The translations under genes were made by a program, and so were the position numbers. DNA of 64,000 nt from Rhizophagus irregularis (taxonomy: Eukaryota), in NCBI RefSeq assembly GCF_026210795.1, contig NC_089436.1:868001-932000 (forward strand), written 5' to 3'. This document shows, piece after piece, positions 25,626 to 38,343 of this stretch (position 1 is its first letter; every line of letters begins with the position of its first letter). The notes under the pieces were generated by a model. It saw only the letters and a list, made by a program, of their open reading frames with translations, was not told the DNA's origin and made no database searches.

Positions 25626-27800
25626 TAATAATGACATATGGGCTGATCGTGCTCATCTCACTAAATAAGTTTATGTGATGTTGACGAGTTGTACCACCTA
25701 AGATCGTGAGTTGTACCACTAGTATACCACCCAAAAATGTGTGATAAAAAAAACTCCCACCAAAAAAGTATTAAAAACGCATGAAAAAAAAAGAAATCTA
25801 ATAACCGTACAGGACATAACCTTTTCGCTATTAAAATTGCAAGTTCAGATCAGTTTCATTTCAAAATTAACAAAATTACGAAATATTATAAAAAGTAGTC
25901 TTATACAAACCTTTATAAATAGTTGCACTTAAAACGAAGTTTAGTCACATTTTATAAAAGAATTGCACCATGGTGAGTTAACAATAATATAATTATTGTT
26001 AGATTTTTACTAAATGTCTTATAATTTATATAGGTCGCCAGAGTTTTTTGTCATGATTATCCTAATAATCCTTACATAGATGCCTTATACTCTATCAGAA
26101 ATATTCATTCAAGATATAAAATAATAGCACTTGGATACTATCCACAAAATATTAAATATATGTAAAAAAGTAGTAGGAGCATCGTTCAATATCAAATTCC
26201 AGATGGATACATCATAGAAACGGAAGCTGCAAACAAAGCAATACGTTGTGAAATGAAATACATCTCGGTAAATAAAGTGAGTGATGATCTTAAACTAATA
26301 AACGTAATTTGTTATCTGTTATATAACAAAATCATTTATTAATGTGAACAAGGTTTTATACACTATAACATGAAAAGAAAAACAGGCAGAATATTCAATA
26401 TCTAGTGAACGATCAGCAAGTGGGGCGATAAATGCTTTTTTAAAGGTAAATTTTTAGAAATTAGAAATTATTTAATGTATTATTATGTTTAACTATAATT
26501 TCTAAAAATATTAAAAACGTAACATCTATTTTTATAGAGAATTAGCCAAGAAAATTCTAGACTTTCTGGGATACATGTTTTTGGATTAGATATTGAAATA
26601 TTACATCAAGTATGAACTGGAGAATTAACTATAGCAAAAACTACTAATATTAACAAAAGAAAGCAACCCCTTAGTGAAGTATCAGTATTACAACAAAATA
26701 AACGATATGCATCATTTGGGAGAGATGCTCACAAGAAAATCAAACAACTTATTTTATAACATCGGATGATTTCAGAGTCTGAGGAGCCAATTCACTTATG
26801 TAATATGGAATTGGAATATGAAGATCATATTATTAATATAAAATATAATCTATTATTAGATCATATAAAATTAGATGCTTATGTGCGTGCCTGTGATGAA
26901 GCTTTATTAGGACATGATGGTTACCGAAGGCTTGCTGCTGTAGAAGCATGATTGACACATGAATATCAAGTTGCACAAAGAAGAATAGAAATTACAAAAT
27001 TAATCAATGAACAAATACCAATCAGAACAATTAATCTTAATAAAGAGGTTAATCAACTTGATGATGATGATGAATATCAAAGCAATCCTGATGGAATTAT
27101 GGTTGATGAACAAGAAATTGGTAATGGTGTTTATCGATCTATTAGAAATCTTCTTCAAATATTTATTCCTATTTGGAATGAATCAAATCCTCCAATTCTT
27201 CAACCAGGAGATACAATTAATTTGAAACTTGGTGAAGATGGTAGAAATGTGGACTGCAAACAGAATCATGTGATGTTAATTATTTGTTTATTAAATGAAA
27301 AAGATGAAGTATTAAAACCAGATCATCAGTATAGGTAGTATTAATTTTGTAATTTTTTAGAACATTTATTAAATAATGAGAAATTAGTATTTGCCTTTTT
27401 ATAGATAAAGAAAAATATGAAACATTAGCTAAAGTTGGAAATCTATTTAAGTATCAGCTCCAAGATCTTCAAAAAAATGGAATTTCTGTTGATGGTATGC
27501 ATTAGCCAATTGAATTATATTTTTTCTGATGACTGGAAATTTATGTACAATATAATGGGATTAAATGCACTAAATGCAAAATATTTTTGCCTATATTGTG
27601 ATTGTGAAGCAACATCAGGAAATTTTATAGCGCGAAAAATTGCGTAAGTTTACGATTTTGTAAGTTTACGAAAGTTTATGGCATAATATTTCGAAAAATT
27701 TCAAAATATTACGTAAGTTTACAATTTCGTAAGATTTATGTGATATTACGGTTAAAATATTACGTGAGTTTTCAATATCGTAAGATTTACGCAATATTAC

Positions 27801-28340
27801 GGTCAAAATATTCTGCAAATTTACGAAACTGTAAACCTGCGTAATATTACAGTTGAAATATTTCGAAAATTTACGAAACTGTAAACCTGCGTAATATTAC
27901 GGTTGAAATATTTCGAAAATTTACGAAACTGTAAACCTGCGTAATATTACGGTTAAAATATTTCGAAAATTTACGAAACTGTAAACCTGCGTAATATTAC
28001 GGTTGAAATATTTTGAAAATTTACGAAACTGTAAACCTGCGTAATATTACGGTTAAAATATTTTGAAAATTTACGAAACTGTAAACCTGCGTAATATTAC
28101 GGTTGAAATATTTCGAAAATTTACGAAACTGTAAACCTGCGTAATATTACGGTTAAAATATTTCGAAAATTTACGAAACTGTAAACCTGCGTAATATTAC
28201 GGTCAAAATATTCTGCAAATTTACGAAACTGTAAACCTGCGTAATATTACGGTTGAAATATTTCGAAAATTTACGAAACTGTAAACCTGCGTAATATTAC
28301 GGTTGAAATATTTCGAAAATTTACGAGATTGTAAACTGCA
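27801..28340. repeat. 50-bp tandem repeat, about 11 near-identical copies
   Basis: Unit GGTTGAAATATTTCGAAAATTTACGAAACTGTAAACCTGCGTAATATTAC; no spacers. Confidence 0.95.
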
Positions 28341-28708
28341 TATGCAGTAGAACGTATACAAGGGGCATGTGATACTATTGAATAATCAAAAATAATATAA
28401 ACACCTTTTCTTTTATATAAACACCTTTTTTTTTAAGTTTGGGAAAGCAAATTTATTTTTATTTACGAATTTTTTATTATTTACAATTTTTATGTTAAAA
28501 ATTAAAGTAAATTCTAATTTTTATTATAACTTAATAAAAAAAATACACATTTGATACTTGTTCGCTACTATTTTATAAAATAGTACCCAGGCTGTACGGC
28601 GTGGACGTCAGTATCAGTCACAGCCCAAAAAACGTGAGTCTCCAGCCGATATTTGGTACGGACTGGGCCTAGCTACTCACTTAATAAATAATAAAAAAAT
28701 AAAAATAA

Positions 28709-29332
28709 TTATCTTCTTCTACGATACGTAGGTAAGTTTCTCCTTGCCCTACGATCATCACGCGTGACTAAAATTGATCAAATTTATCAAATTTAAAACA
28801 TGAACGTAAATATTAATTATAAATTTTATTATAGTATAATTACCCGGCCTCTCCCAAAATCTCGTTCTAAATTCGCGATAATATCTTGCGCCGGTACGCG
28901 TCCACAGCCGCCGCCCAGGGTTACCATTACGATAAAGGACATAGTTCTAAATATCAAAATCAGTTTGAATATTCGGTAAATACATTTAATTTATATGAAT
29001 GTAATGTTATTTATTTACTTACATGGTAATCCCTGACGAGGTTCCTCCACTTTTGGCTGCACTGTTACCCGGAAACCTCGTTCGAAATATTCTATTTATT
29101 CTGATTCAATTAAATGGATTGGTTAATTTGAATTTAAATTCTTTCTTAAAGAAATTATAGATATTAGTCATATGAACCTATTGGCAACAGAGTCCCAAAA
29201 ATCTTGGCGGCTTCTACCATTAATATTGTGGTAGGCGCGGTTTCTGTCTCGGCGTATGTCAACAAGTTCGTCCATCATAGCCCAGTTCCAATAGACGTTA
29301 TAGTGGGAACGACGACGTGTGTGGCGAGGCAT
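28709..29332 (-). CDS. Small basic Myb/SANT (trihelix-like) DNA-binding protein, 4 exons, one frameshift
   Basis: MPRHTRRRSHYNVYWNWAMMDELVDIRRDRNRAYHNINGRSRQDFWDSVANR/INRIFRTRF(fs)QCSQKWRNLVRDYH/NYVLYRNG..TGARYYREFRTRFWERP/VTRDD..RRR*; W..W..QCxxKWxNL pattern. Confidence 0.75.
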
Positions 29333-30192
29333 TATTAGTAATTTGATTTTGGGATGAGTAAAAATTTGAAAGAAAGTCGTAAAATGTCACTTTAAATAAA
29401 ATTTGAACAATACCTCTTTGGTTTGATTTTATTTCTCGTTTCAATTAAAATTTAATTTATTAGACTTTTCATCATTAAACATATTAATTAAATCTCATGC
29501 GGATATGGATTATCTAAATATAAATATCATGATTCTAAATATAAATATAAATCACTTAATTTATTTTAATTTTTTTTTAAAAAAAAAATCTTAGTTTGAT
29601 TTCAATTAAAAATAATTAAAAATCATGTACATGATTTCAATTAAAAATAATTAAAAATCATGTACATGTTTTGGTTATTTAAATATAAATATCAATATAT
29701 TATATTTAAAAATAAACCAATTTATTATTAGCACATTCTATTGAATTTTAAAAAAATCAATTTTTTTTTTAAAAAAAAAATCATCAATATATCATATTTA
29801 AAAATAAAACAATTATATTCTGATTAAATATTTTGCGTACATTTCTTAAAAAAATCATAAAAAAAAATCTTGTACGTCGTACATGCAATTACTAAATATC
29901 ATCCCCTTGTGATAAATAAAAAATTACGCAACACAAATTCAACACAAACTCAACACAAATTTAACAAATTTAACGAAATTTGGCCAAAATTAATAATTTT
30001 TTACCAGAATTATCAACACAAATTGAACACAAATTGAACACAAATTTCAGTCACGATTTATTTATTTCACACCCGTGTTGTTAATAATTAAATAAATAAA
30101 TCTGCATTTTATTTATGATATGGGAAACGTGACCATAAATTCTTTAAGGATATAATTTTATTAAAATAAATCAAAACTCCTATATCAAGTGA

Positions 30193-33170
30193 CTAAAAAA
30201 TATATTTATTTACGAAATATTCATTTTGTTTATCAAATCGGGGTACTATGTGAACGACACCATGTATAGACTCTATAGCTACAAAGTTATATAATTCTAT
30301 CAATTTTAAGTGAGGACATCCATATAAATATGGGTTCCTTTTAGATTTAAAATCGTACCATTGAATTAATGCGAGATTTAGCGGTGGGTCTGTTAATACT
30401 TCTGCTAACAATAAGGCCTATAATAATAAATATTTATTAATACTTTATAATAAATTATTACATAAATTGGAAAAATACCTGTCCATAACAAAGTCCTTTG
30501 TCTGATATATAATCATTTGATTCTTCAGAATCCATTGAAATAGCTATGTCGCTAAACCATACTTTATTATGATACCTGTTTGTGGCATGCATTATGGCAC
30601 CATTTTCCAGTATTACCGATCCGTATATGTTTATTCGGGTTTCACCAATAATTGTGAACCCATCAAGTAAATCTAGATATGAATCCAGACAACTTATAAA
30701 TCTAGCAAAACCGGTCTGCATTTTATTGTCTACGGAATCTTTTTTTTCATTAAAAAATGTATTTGCATCTTGTAAAGAGAAATCAAAGAGTCTTGCAGAA
30801 AATTTACAAGTGCGAGGTGTTTTTGCCGGATTCACTGAATGTTGAGACATTCTAATAGATATTGCTTGACGTTTTATCTATTAATTTAATTTCCATCTTA
30901 AGTTATATAATAAATATATACAATAAATAAATTTCCAAATACTTACAGTTCGTAAAAGCTGAGGTTCGACATCTTTTTTATTGCTAATTCGGTAGGGTAT
31001 TTTAACGAAATATTTGTGGAGACTTTCGTAAGTTTCTGTGGTATAGCCATTTATTGCGCCATAAGATCGTATTGAGTCAATAATGTGATAAACCCATGAA
31101 TGCAATTTAGGCAACTTCAAATTGGAAGGAGAAACAAATTTAAAAGCCTTGACAAACATCCGCGCCCATCTACGTATTGCATCCTAAAATTTAAATGTTA
31201 ATTTAATTTATTTAATTTAAATTTTCGATTTTACTAAAATTTTAATACATACATTAAATTTCTCCAAGTCACTTTCACTAAATTCTTCATATCTACTTAA
31301 AATATACATTTCATTCCAATATTCGTACAATTTCACAAGATCATCATTATTTACAAAATTATCTACTTCGTTATTATTTTCATCATATAAATTATCAATA
31401 ACAAATATCATGACTTTCATCAAACTTCGATATTCATTAGCAGTTAATCTTGCAATTGACTGCAGTCCATTGGAAAAAATTTTAATGGCGGGAAACCGTG
31501 GAATTGCTGCTAGACGGCGATCTACTTCTTCAACTAATTTATTACCATTAACATGTTGCAATTTTAAGATATCGCACGTGAAGATAATTTGATAACGAAA
31601 TAAACCCAAATCTAAATGATGCATTCTGTCAGGAACAGTAGCCAAGTAGATATTTATATTCCTTGATAATATAAATATTTATAATTAATATATATATATG
31701 TTATTATAATTATTTCTACTTTTGCATACTTACGGCAAATCCCAAAAAAAATTAGGTACAGATTCTATGCAAACAGATTTTTGTGTATCATTTTCAAAAT
31801 ATTTACGCATTTCATCATGAGTTCTTAGTATTACATCATTAACCGATAAGTTTATATTTGCAAGATTGTCCCTTTTAATTAAACAGGAGTGACATGGAAG
31901 GCTTGAATTGGAGGATTTATAAACTAAACAAAAACTTGCGGCTTCTGGCCAATCTGCAATAATAGTTGAAACTCTAGGATAAAACCAGGTATTTTCATTA
32001 TTTATAAAAAGGTCTATACCATCTTTTAATAAAATAATTGGTTCTAGTAAATGACGTAAAGATTTATGAAAGGTATCACGAACCAGATCTTTATTTGCAG
32101 CTTCTAAAATTGGTAAATATCCCAAAAGTTGCTTTGCATCCTGTTTATTACGACGCCATATTGGGATATTGCCTAATGAAATATATATTGGATGCAATTG
32201 ACTTTTTCCTAATGTATCTGTAGTTGTTGCATCTGAATATAAAATAATTGATAATAATTTGGAACCAGTAGGTAAGGATTCTTGCGTAGTTTTCCACCAT
32301 TTTCCAGTGTTTTGTTCACTGTAAATACTTTCTCTATTATACTATAAAATAATATAAATAAATTAAAATAAATATTATTTAAATTATTGAATTAACTAAT
32401 ATTTACTATTTACCTCATAGTTTTCGTAAGATAGCGCAAAATTTTGTGTTATGTCAGGAACAGTTAAGATATTTTTGATGCACTGTATTAAGTTTTGATA
32501 ATAAAGAAAATAATCTTTATCCTTATGTTTTGTTATAAGAACTTTACTAAATTCTAAATTAGAAAACTTCATATTATTCATAAATGCTCGTCCCTGTTCA
32601 ATATTTTTTGGTAATGGTGATTCTGTAAGATTTGAATGTTTATTAAAAAAACGTATTATTTCATTACCACCTTTATTGTTTATTTTATATTTCGTTACTA
32701 ATAACATTAGATCTTTATAAGCATCATTAGGAAATTCTGTGCAAGTTTTGGTATTGAGATTTTTGGGTTCTTCAAAAATTTCAGGCTCTTCAGATGAATC
32801 TAATATATTTTCAAAGTTACTATCTTCAAGGCTCATCTCTGATATTGCACTTCCAATACTGTCAAATGACATATTTTGTACATTATTATCATCATCCACC
32901 TAAAATTATAAACCAAAATGAGTTAGTATAATTTGAGCTTTTTCTTTAAAAAGAATAATCTGGAATAACATAATTACCTCAACTTTATCATTTTCATATT
33001 CACTACTTAGATTACTTCGTATCCATTTCACTGCTATATTTTTCACTATCATTATTATCATCATCATCTTCTACTTCTACTTCTACATTTTTTAAGCATT
33101 TTTGGGCGTGTTGAGTATATGCAAAGCGTTGACTGAATATTCGCATACAAAGGGGGCATTTGAAACTCAT
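30193..33170 (-). CDS. Plavaka transposase with N-terminal C2H2 finger, 7 exons (one apparent frameshift in exon 1)
   Basis: MSFKCPLCMRIFSQRFAYTQHAQKC; YSEQNTGKWW..IILYSDATTTDTLGKSQLHPIYISLGNIP; IIADWPEA..PCHSC; PDRMHHLDLGLF; LPKLHSW..YGAINGYTTETYESLHK. Exons 2-7 splice in frame. Confidence 0.88.
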
Positions 33171-34273
33171 ATTACTAAATTAACGCGTCAAATTTGATGA
33201 AAAGTATCAATTCACTATTTAATTTATATGAGATTATGTGTGCTAATAAAATTATATTGCAAATTCATTGTAAAAATTTAATGAATTAATTGAATGGATT
33301 ACAATTGATTGAGTTATTTGAATAGACACGACTACGCAAATTTACGCATTAATGAATGGAACTGGCTGTAAGAATCTGGTGGCTAATATCGCGGAATCAT
33401 TCGCAATTTTACGCATTATAGCAAAATTTAAAATATGCGAAACACTCAGCAATTTTGCTGTCGGGAACTTGCCGAGTTCGTGGGTTGGCAAATCTAAAAA
33501 TAAATGTAACAAGTCTATGATGTACCATATAAATATTGTTTATTATTTTATTTACTATTTCAATTTGCCGGCAACCTGCCAAGTGAATCTGACAGCAAAA
33601 GTGCTGAGTGTTTCGCATATTTTGAATTTGCTGTAACGGGCTGTAAGAATTCGGATGGCTTATTCAATCGGCTAATCATCTGATAATCAGCCGCAAATTT
33701 ATTGGCTTAACACGGCAAATCACTTTTACAATAATGGACGGATGATCAGCCACAAATTTATGCGATAATCAGGTTATAAGCGCTCAAGATCACTATCAAT
33801 CTGATCAGCCAAATGAGTTCACTGGCTGCAACTTTTTTTTCCATGCATAAAAGCTCCCCAACATGCGTAACATGTTATTTTTTTATAAATTGGATTTGAT
33901 TAATATTTCGATTGTACTATGTGCTTTTACGAGAGTTTTTTTTTAAAGTTCTCTTATGAAAGTGTTACAATATTTTTTCGTAATATCACGATGCAAAATT
34001 TTTGCATTAGTACATTCATTTTTCGTAATATTTCGCATTAGTTCATCCATTTTTCGCAATATTTCGCAAGTTTTTTTTCTTTTTTAGTATAGAATGGCGG
34101 AAATTACCTTATGACAGCTTGCCTCCTTTTTCTGAATTTCTGATTCATGTATTTCCCCCTTTTTCCTCATCCTTTTCGAATTTTCTAGTTCACCTTTTTC
34201 TCATATATTTCCTCTTTTTTCTCATATATTTCCTCCTTTTTTCTCATATTTTCGTTTCAAATTTATTATCATA

Positions 34274-35703
34274 ATGGCTACAAAGCGTGGCGAGAAACGA
34301 AGAATTGACGATAATGAAAGATTTTCAAAACGTAGTACTGAGGGTAGCGAAGCTGAGAAGCGAGTGAGAATATCCGATGATAGTGTTGATGGTATATATG
34401 ACATAATATGTATCATATTCTTTATAAAAGAAATTATATAATATATAGTTAAATTATATTTTATTGTTAAAGTTAATAAAAAAACAATAGAAAAACTATT
34501 AAGAACCAATTCGCAGATAATTTCTAAGCTTGAAGTTCTTATCACCGGACAAAAAAATCTCGAAACCCGTCTCTCGAGCATAGAAAAAAAGCTCAACGAT
34601 AATAACAAAAATAATAATAATACAATAGATCCGGAGTATGTAAAGGTAATAAAGATGAATATTATTTAATGTAAACCTGAAATGCTAACCTCGTTTGATT
34701 AGGGGAGCTCGTTAAGAAGGTGTCGAAAATTTTATTTGAAAATTTTGTTTATCCTTCGCAAGACGAGTACAAACTCGCTACCAAAAAATATTTAAAAGAC
34801 GAAAATCCGGAATTTATGCGCCAGTTCAAAAAAAATCAATGGATTATTTTTTTCGAAAAAAAAATTGCCCCGACTGTAAGTTAAAGCAATTATGAATTTT
34901 ATTAAATTTCATACTAACATTTTTTTTTAATAGTTAGTACAACAACATAGAAGCATACGAGGGATGTTCGCGTCTAGAGTTAAAGACGTTATGTATTCTG
35001 TTTTCGAAGCGACTGGGCATAAATTACCGTCTATTAACACTCAGGCTAGTCCGTCAAAGATTCAGGAATGGAAGAGTAAGGCGGAGGTGAAAAGATGTTA
35101 CAACAACCTATTTAAAAAGGTTAAAGATGGGGGGCAACCTACGACATATATGTCGCTGATAATTGATAAGTTGCGAAAAGAAAATAAAAATCCCTCAAAA
35201 ACACAAATAGCGTATGCGATTAGCATATGTGAAACGTACTTAAATCCTAATAATCAAAACATTCAAATGAGCGAAAGTATAATGAAGTCGAAGATAATCA
35301 ACAACTTAGTAAGTTTTTAATTTACAATTTGCAAAATGTGAATTATTTGAATTACAGTTTATTTATTTATTTATTGATTTTTAGCAAAAGTTGGAAAATA
35401 GGGATAAATTTACACATTCGGACGATGATTCTCATGATGGTAATGATGTAGACGATGGTGGTGATAGAGCAGCTGACGATAGAGCAAGTGCGGCTGATGA
35501 TGGTGTGACTAACGATGGTAGGCCTAACGACGCGGTGCGTTAACGACGATGCGACGCCAACGACGGCGCGGCCAACGATTAGCTACAAGGCCAACGATGG
35601 CATAGCTGACGATGATATACTTTCTATTGACTCTTATAACACGGAGGAGGAAGGTCGGTATGTAAATAGTTTATTAGAGAATTATGGGTTGCATAAAAAA
35701 TAA
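34274..35703 (+). CDS. Plavaka accessory protein (basic N-terminus, coiled coil, acidic tail), ~5 exons, with indels
   Basis: MATKRGEKRRIDDNERFSKR../NKKTIEKLLRTNSQIISKLE..LETRLSSIEKKL/ELVKKVSKILFE../..MFASRVKDVMYSVF..KIQEWK../D-rich tail; divergent from the transposase. Confidence 0.7.
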
Positions 35704-38343
35704 ATATTATTTTTTATATATATCACACGTAATAGCATTTTTTTTACCATAATTAATATAGTTTTAATAAATAAAATGGTTATTAATTCTTAACAACACG
35801 GGTGTGACATAAATAAATCGTGGCTGAAATTTGTGTTCAATTTGTGTTCAATTTGTGTTGATAATTCTGGTAAAAATTTGTTAATTTTGGCCAAATTTCG
35901 TTAAATTTGTTAAATTTGTGTTGAATTTGTGTTGATAATTTTTAATTTATCACGAGGGGATAATATTTAGTAATTGTGCATATACAATTTCTGTGATTTT
36001 TTAAAATGCGGATTTCCGTAATTTTACGATATCGTATTTTCTGGCCAATCAAATTAGGCTGATCCTTGCATGTGATTTAATCATTTAATCATTTAATCAC
36101 GCACGCGTTTTTGTCTTATTTATTTTTGTTTCTTATTTCTTTATTCTTTTGTTCAATATTTTTAATTTTTTTGTCTCTTCTTTCTATTATTTCTTTAATT
36201 ATATACAATATATTTACATATATTTCATAATTTATTGCTTTGCAGGTATAGAAATATTTGTTTATTAATACTAATTATTTTCATTTTTTTTTACCTCTTT
36301 GTTATTTTGTATCGTAATACTAACAATAATATCCATGTTTCCTTTATTCCTTTTTACTTGTACTTTAATACTAACGATACTAACAATACTAACAACATGT
36401 TTATTTTTTCCTTTCTCTTTATTTCTTTATTCTTTTGTTCAATTACTTTGCAGGTATAGAAATATTTATTTATTAATACTAATTATTTTAATATTAACGC
36501 GTTTTTTTTTACCTCTTTGTTACTTTATGTCGTAATACTAACAATACTATCTACGTTTCCTTTATTTCTTTTTACTTGTACTTTAATACTAACGATAATA
36601 TCCATGTTTCTTTTACTCCTTTTACTGTTTCTTTAACTCTTTTTACCTTAATACTAACAATAATAACAATATTTCTTTTATCTTTATATCTAATATTAAC
36701 GTTACTATAGCTGTTTCTCTTCTTTTTACGTCTAATAATATTGTTACTCTACTCTTTCTTTTTTTTACTTTTATGTATTCTGTATATATTAATAAATACT
36801 TGTAATTTTTTATGATTATATCTAATAAAACATACATTATATAAACTTATAGTACAGAAAATGAAGTATTATTTATCGAAATATTTTGAAATATTACGAA
36901 ATATTAAGTTGTGTAAAATCACAGAATATTACGAATCGTCAAATTATGGAACATTACGCATCATAGAATTTCGAAATATTTTAAAAAGTTGCGAAGTATT
37001 ACGCAGTAAAATTACGGAATATTACAAATCGTAAAATTACGAAGCCTTGCATACAGTAATATTTCGAAATATTTTAAAAAGTTACAAAATATTACGCTTA
37101 CGCAAACTTGCGGCGGGTCTGAAAACTTACGAAATATTATGTAAAATTACGAAATATTGCGAACCGCAAAATTACGGAATATTACAAATCGTAAAATTAC
37201 GAAGCTTTGCATATCGTAATATTTCGAAATATTTTAAAAAGTTACAAAATATTACGCTTACGCAAACTTGCGGCGGGTCTGGAAGCTTACGAAATATTAT
37301 GATGTGTAAACTTGCGCAACTTTTCGCACTATATAATTTCCTGATGAAGTAATCATTGAAATGTAGATTTATGTTGGCCAATTAATAAAAATATAAAGTG
37401 TAAGTGTAAACTTATTAAAAATAATTTATGTTAAATTAATTATAAACATTATTTTAAATTAATAGGTCAAAAAAAACCACCTTTATTTCCTGCTATTAAG
37501 CAAGAAAATTACATTTCAGACGAATTACATCTATTATTACGTATTTCAGATGTGTTAATGGAATGTTTTTTAATGATTTATTCAAAAAAAAGGAATTTGA
37601 ACGAGAAATTAAAAATCAAATAGAACAAACCATGAAGTCAATTAAAGTTCATTTTGAATTTTTTAAATCAAGATCAAATAGTGGCAAGTGGAACTGGACT
37701 TCATTAATGGGGCCTAACAAGAAAAAGGTTTTGCAATATTTTCCTATTGTTAATTTTATTTCAGGAAAACGCAGTGAAAAAATTCAAAAACTATAGTGTG
37801 ATTTTTATGATTTATACTTAGTTTTGAGAAGTCCTAATCTAACATATTCAGAAATTGATAATTTCGAAAATAAAGCAAAGCAATGGATTAAATTGTTTTG
37901 TCAGCCAAGTCAGGGGCAAATGAACTCAGCATCACAAATATTGGGTTTATATAGAAAAGAGGATGTTACCTCTTATATGCATACTTTTTCCTAACACATT
38001 CCAGAATTTTTGTGAAATTTAAAGGAAAAAAATATGTGATTGCGGGTTTTTTCTACTTCAAGCATTGAAAAAAAAACCATAATCAGGTATATCACTTTTA
38101 TTTTTTTTTTAAACCATTTTGTTTGACTAATTACGTTATCTCTATTTTTATCTATAAATTTTAGGTTAGACTATTTTTTTGTGGAACAACTATGGGTGGC
38201 GGAACTAGAGGAAAACCTGTAGTAATGATATTATGGAGTTTGAAAATCGTCAGTTATATTATTTAATAAATAATACGCTGCAAGAAATTCTGATGCGACA
38301 TATTGATGCAGGGGATAAAGAAAACAAAGACTAAAAGTGGAAT

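Larger units (their letters stand above)
29886..35976. repeat. Internal ~190-200-bp inverted repeat pair (29886-30084 and 35790-35976)
   Basis: CAATTACTAAATAT..ACACAAATT repeats..CACACCCGTGTTGTTAA is mirrored by TTAACAACACGGGTGTG..AATTTGTGT..ATATTTAGTAATTG. Confidence 0.88.
27613..37346. mobile_element. Full-length Plavaka (CMC-related) transposon, 9.7 kb
   Basis: ~40-bp TIRs CATCAGGAAATTTTATAGCGCGAAAAATTGCGTAAGTTTAC / GTAAACTTGCGCAACTTTTCGCACTATATAATTTCCTGATG; 2-bp TSD AA; subterminal repeats; encodes a Plavaka-type transposase. Confidence 0.9.
25970..38334 (+). pseudogene. RAG1/Transib/Chapaev-like DDE transposase with a putative N-terminal FYR domain, split by the Plavaka insertion (25970-27612 + 37349-38334)
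   Basis: Ordered motifs LKLGEDGRNV, FSDDWKF, YFCLYCDC, DELHLLLRI, WTSLMGP, VTSYMH..HIP, FSTSSIEKK. Removing 27613-37348 rejoins the frame (CDCEA-SN). Many stop codons. Confidence 0.75.

Noticed and set aside
25630..25970. RSS-like or Transib TIR upstream of the RAG1-like gene
   Set aside because: No CACAGTG/CACAATG heptamer with nonamer and no matching partner end found.
27801..28340. CRISPR-like array
   Set aside because: Head-to-tail 50-bp units with no unique spacers, eukaryotic context and no cas genes; it is a transposon subterminal repeat.
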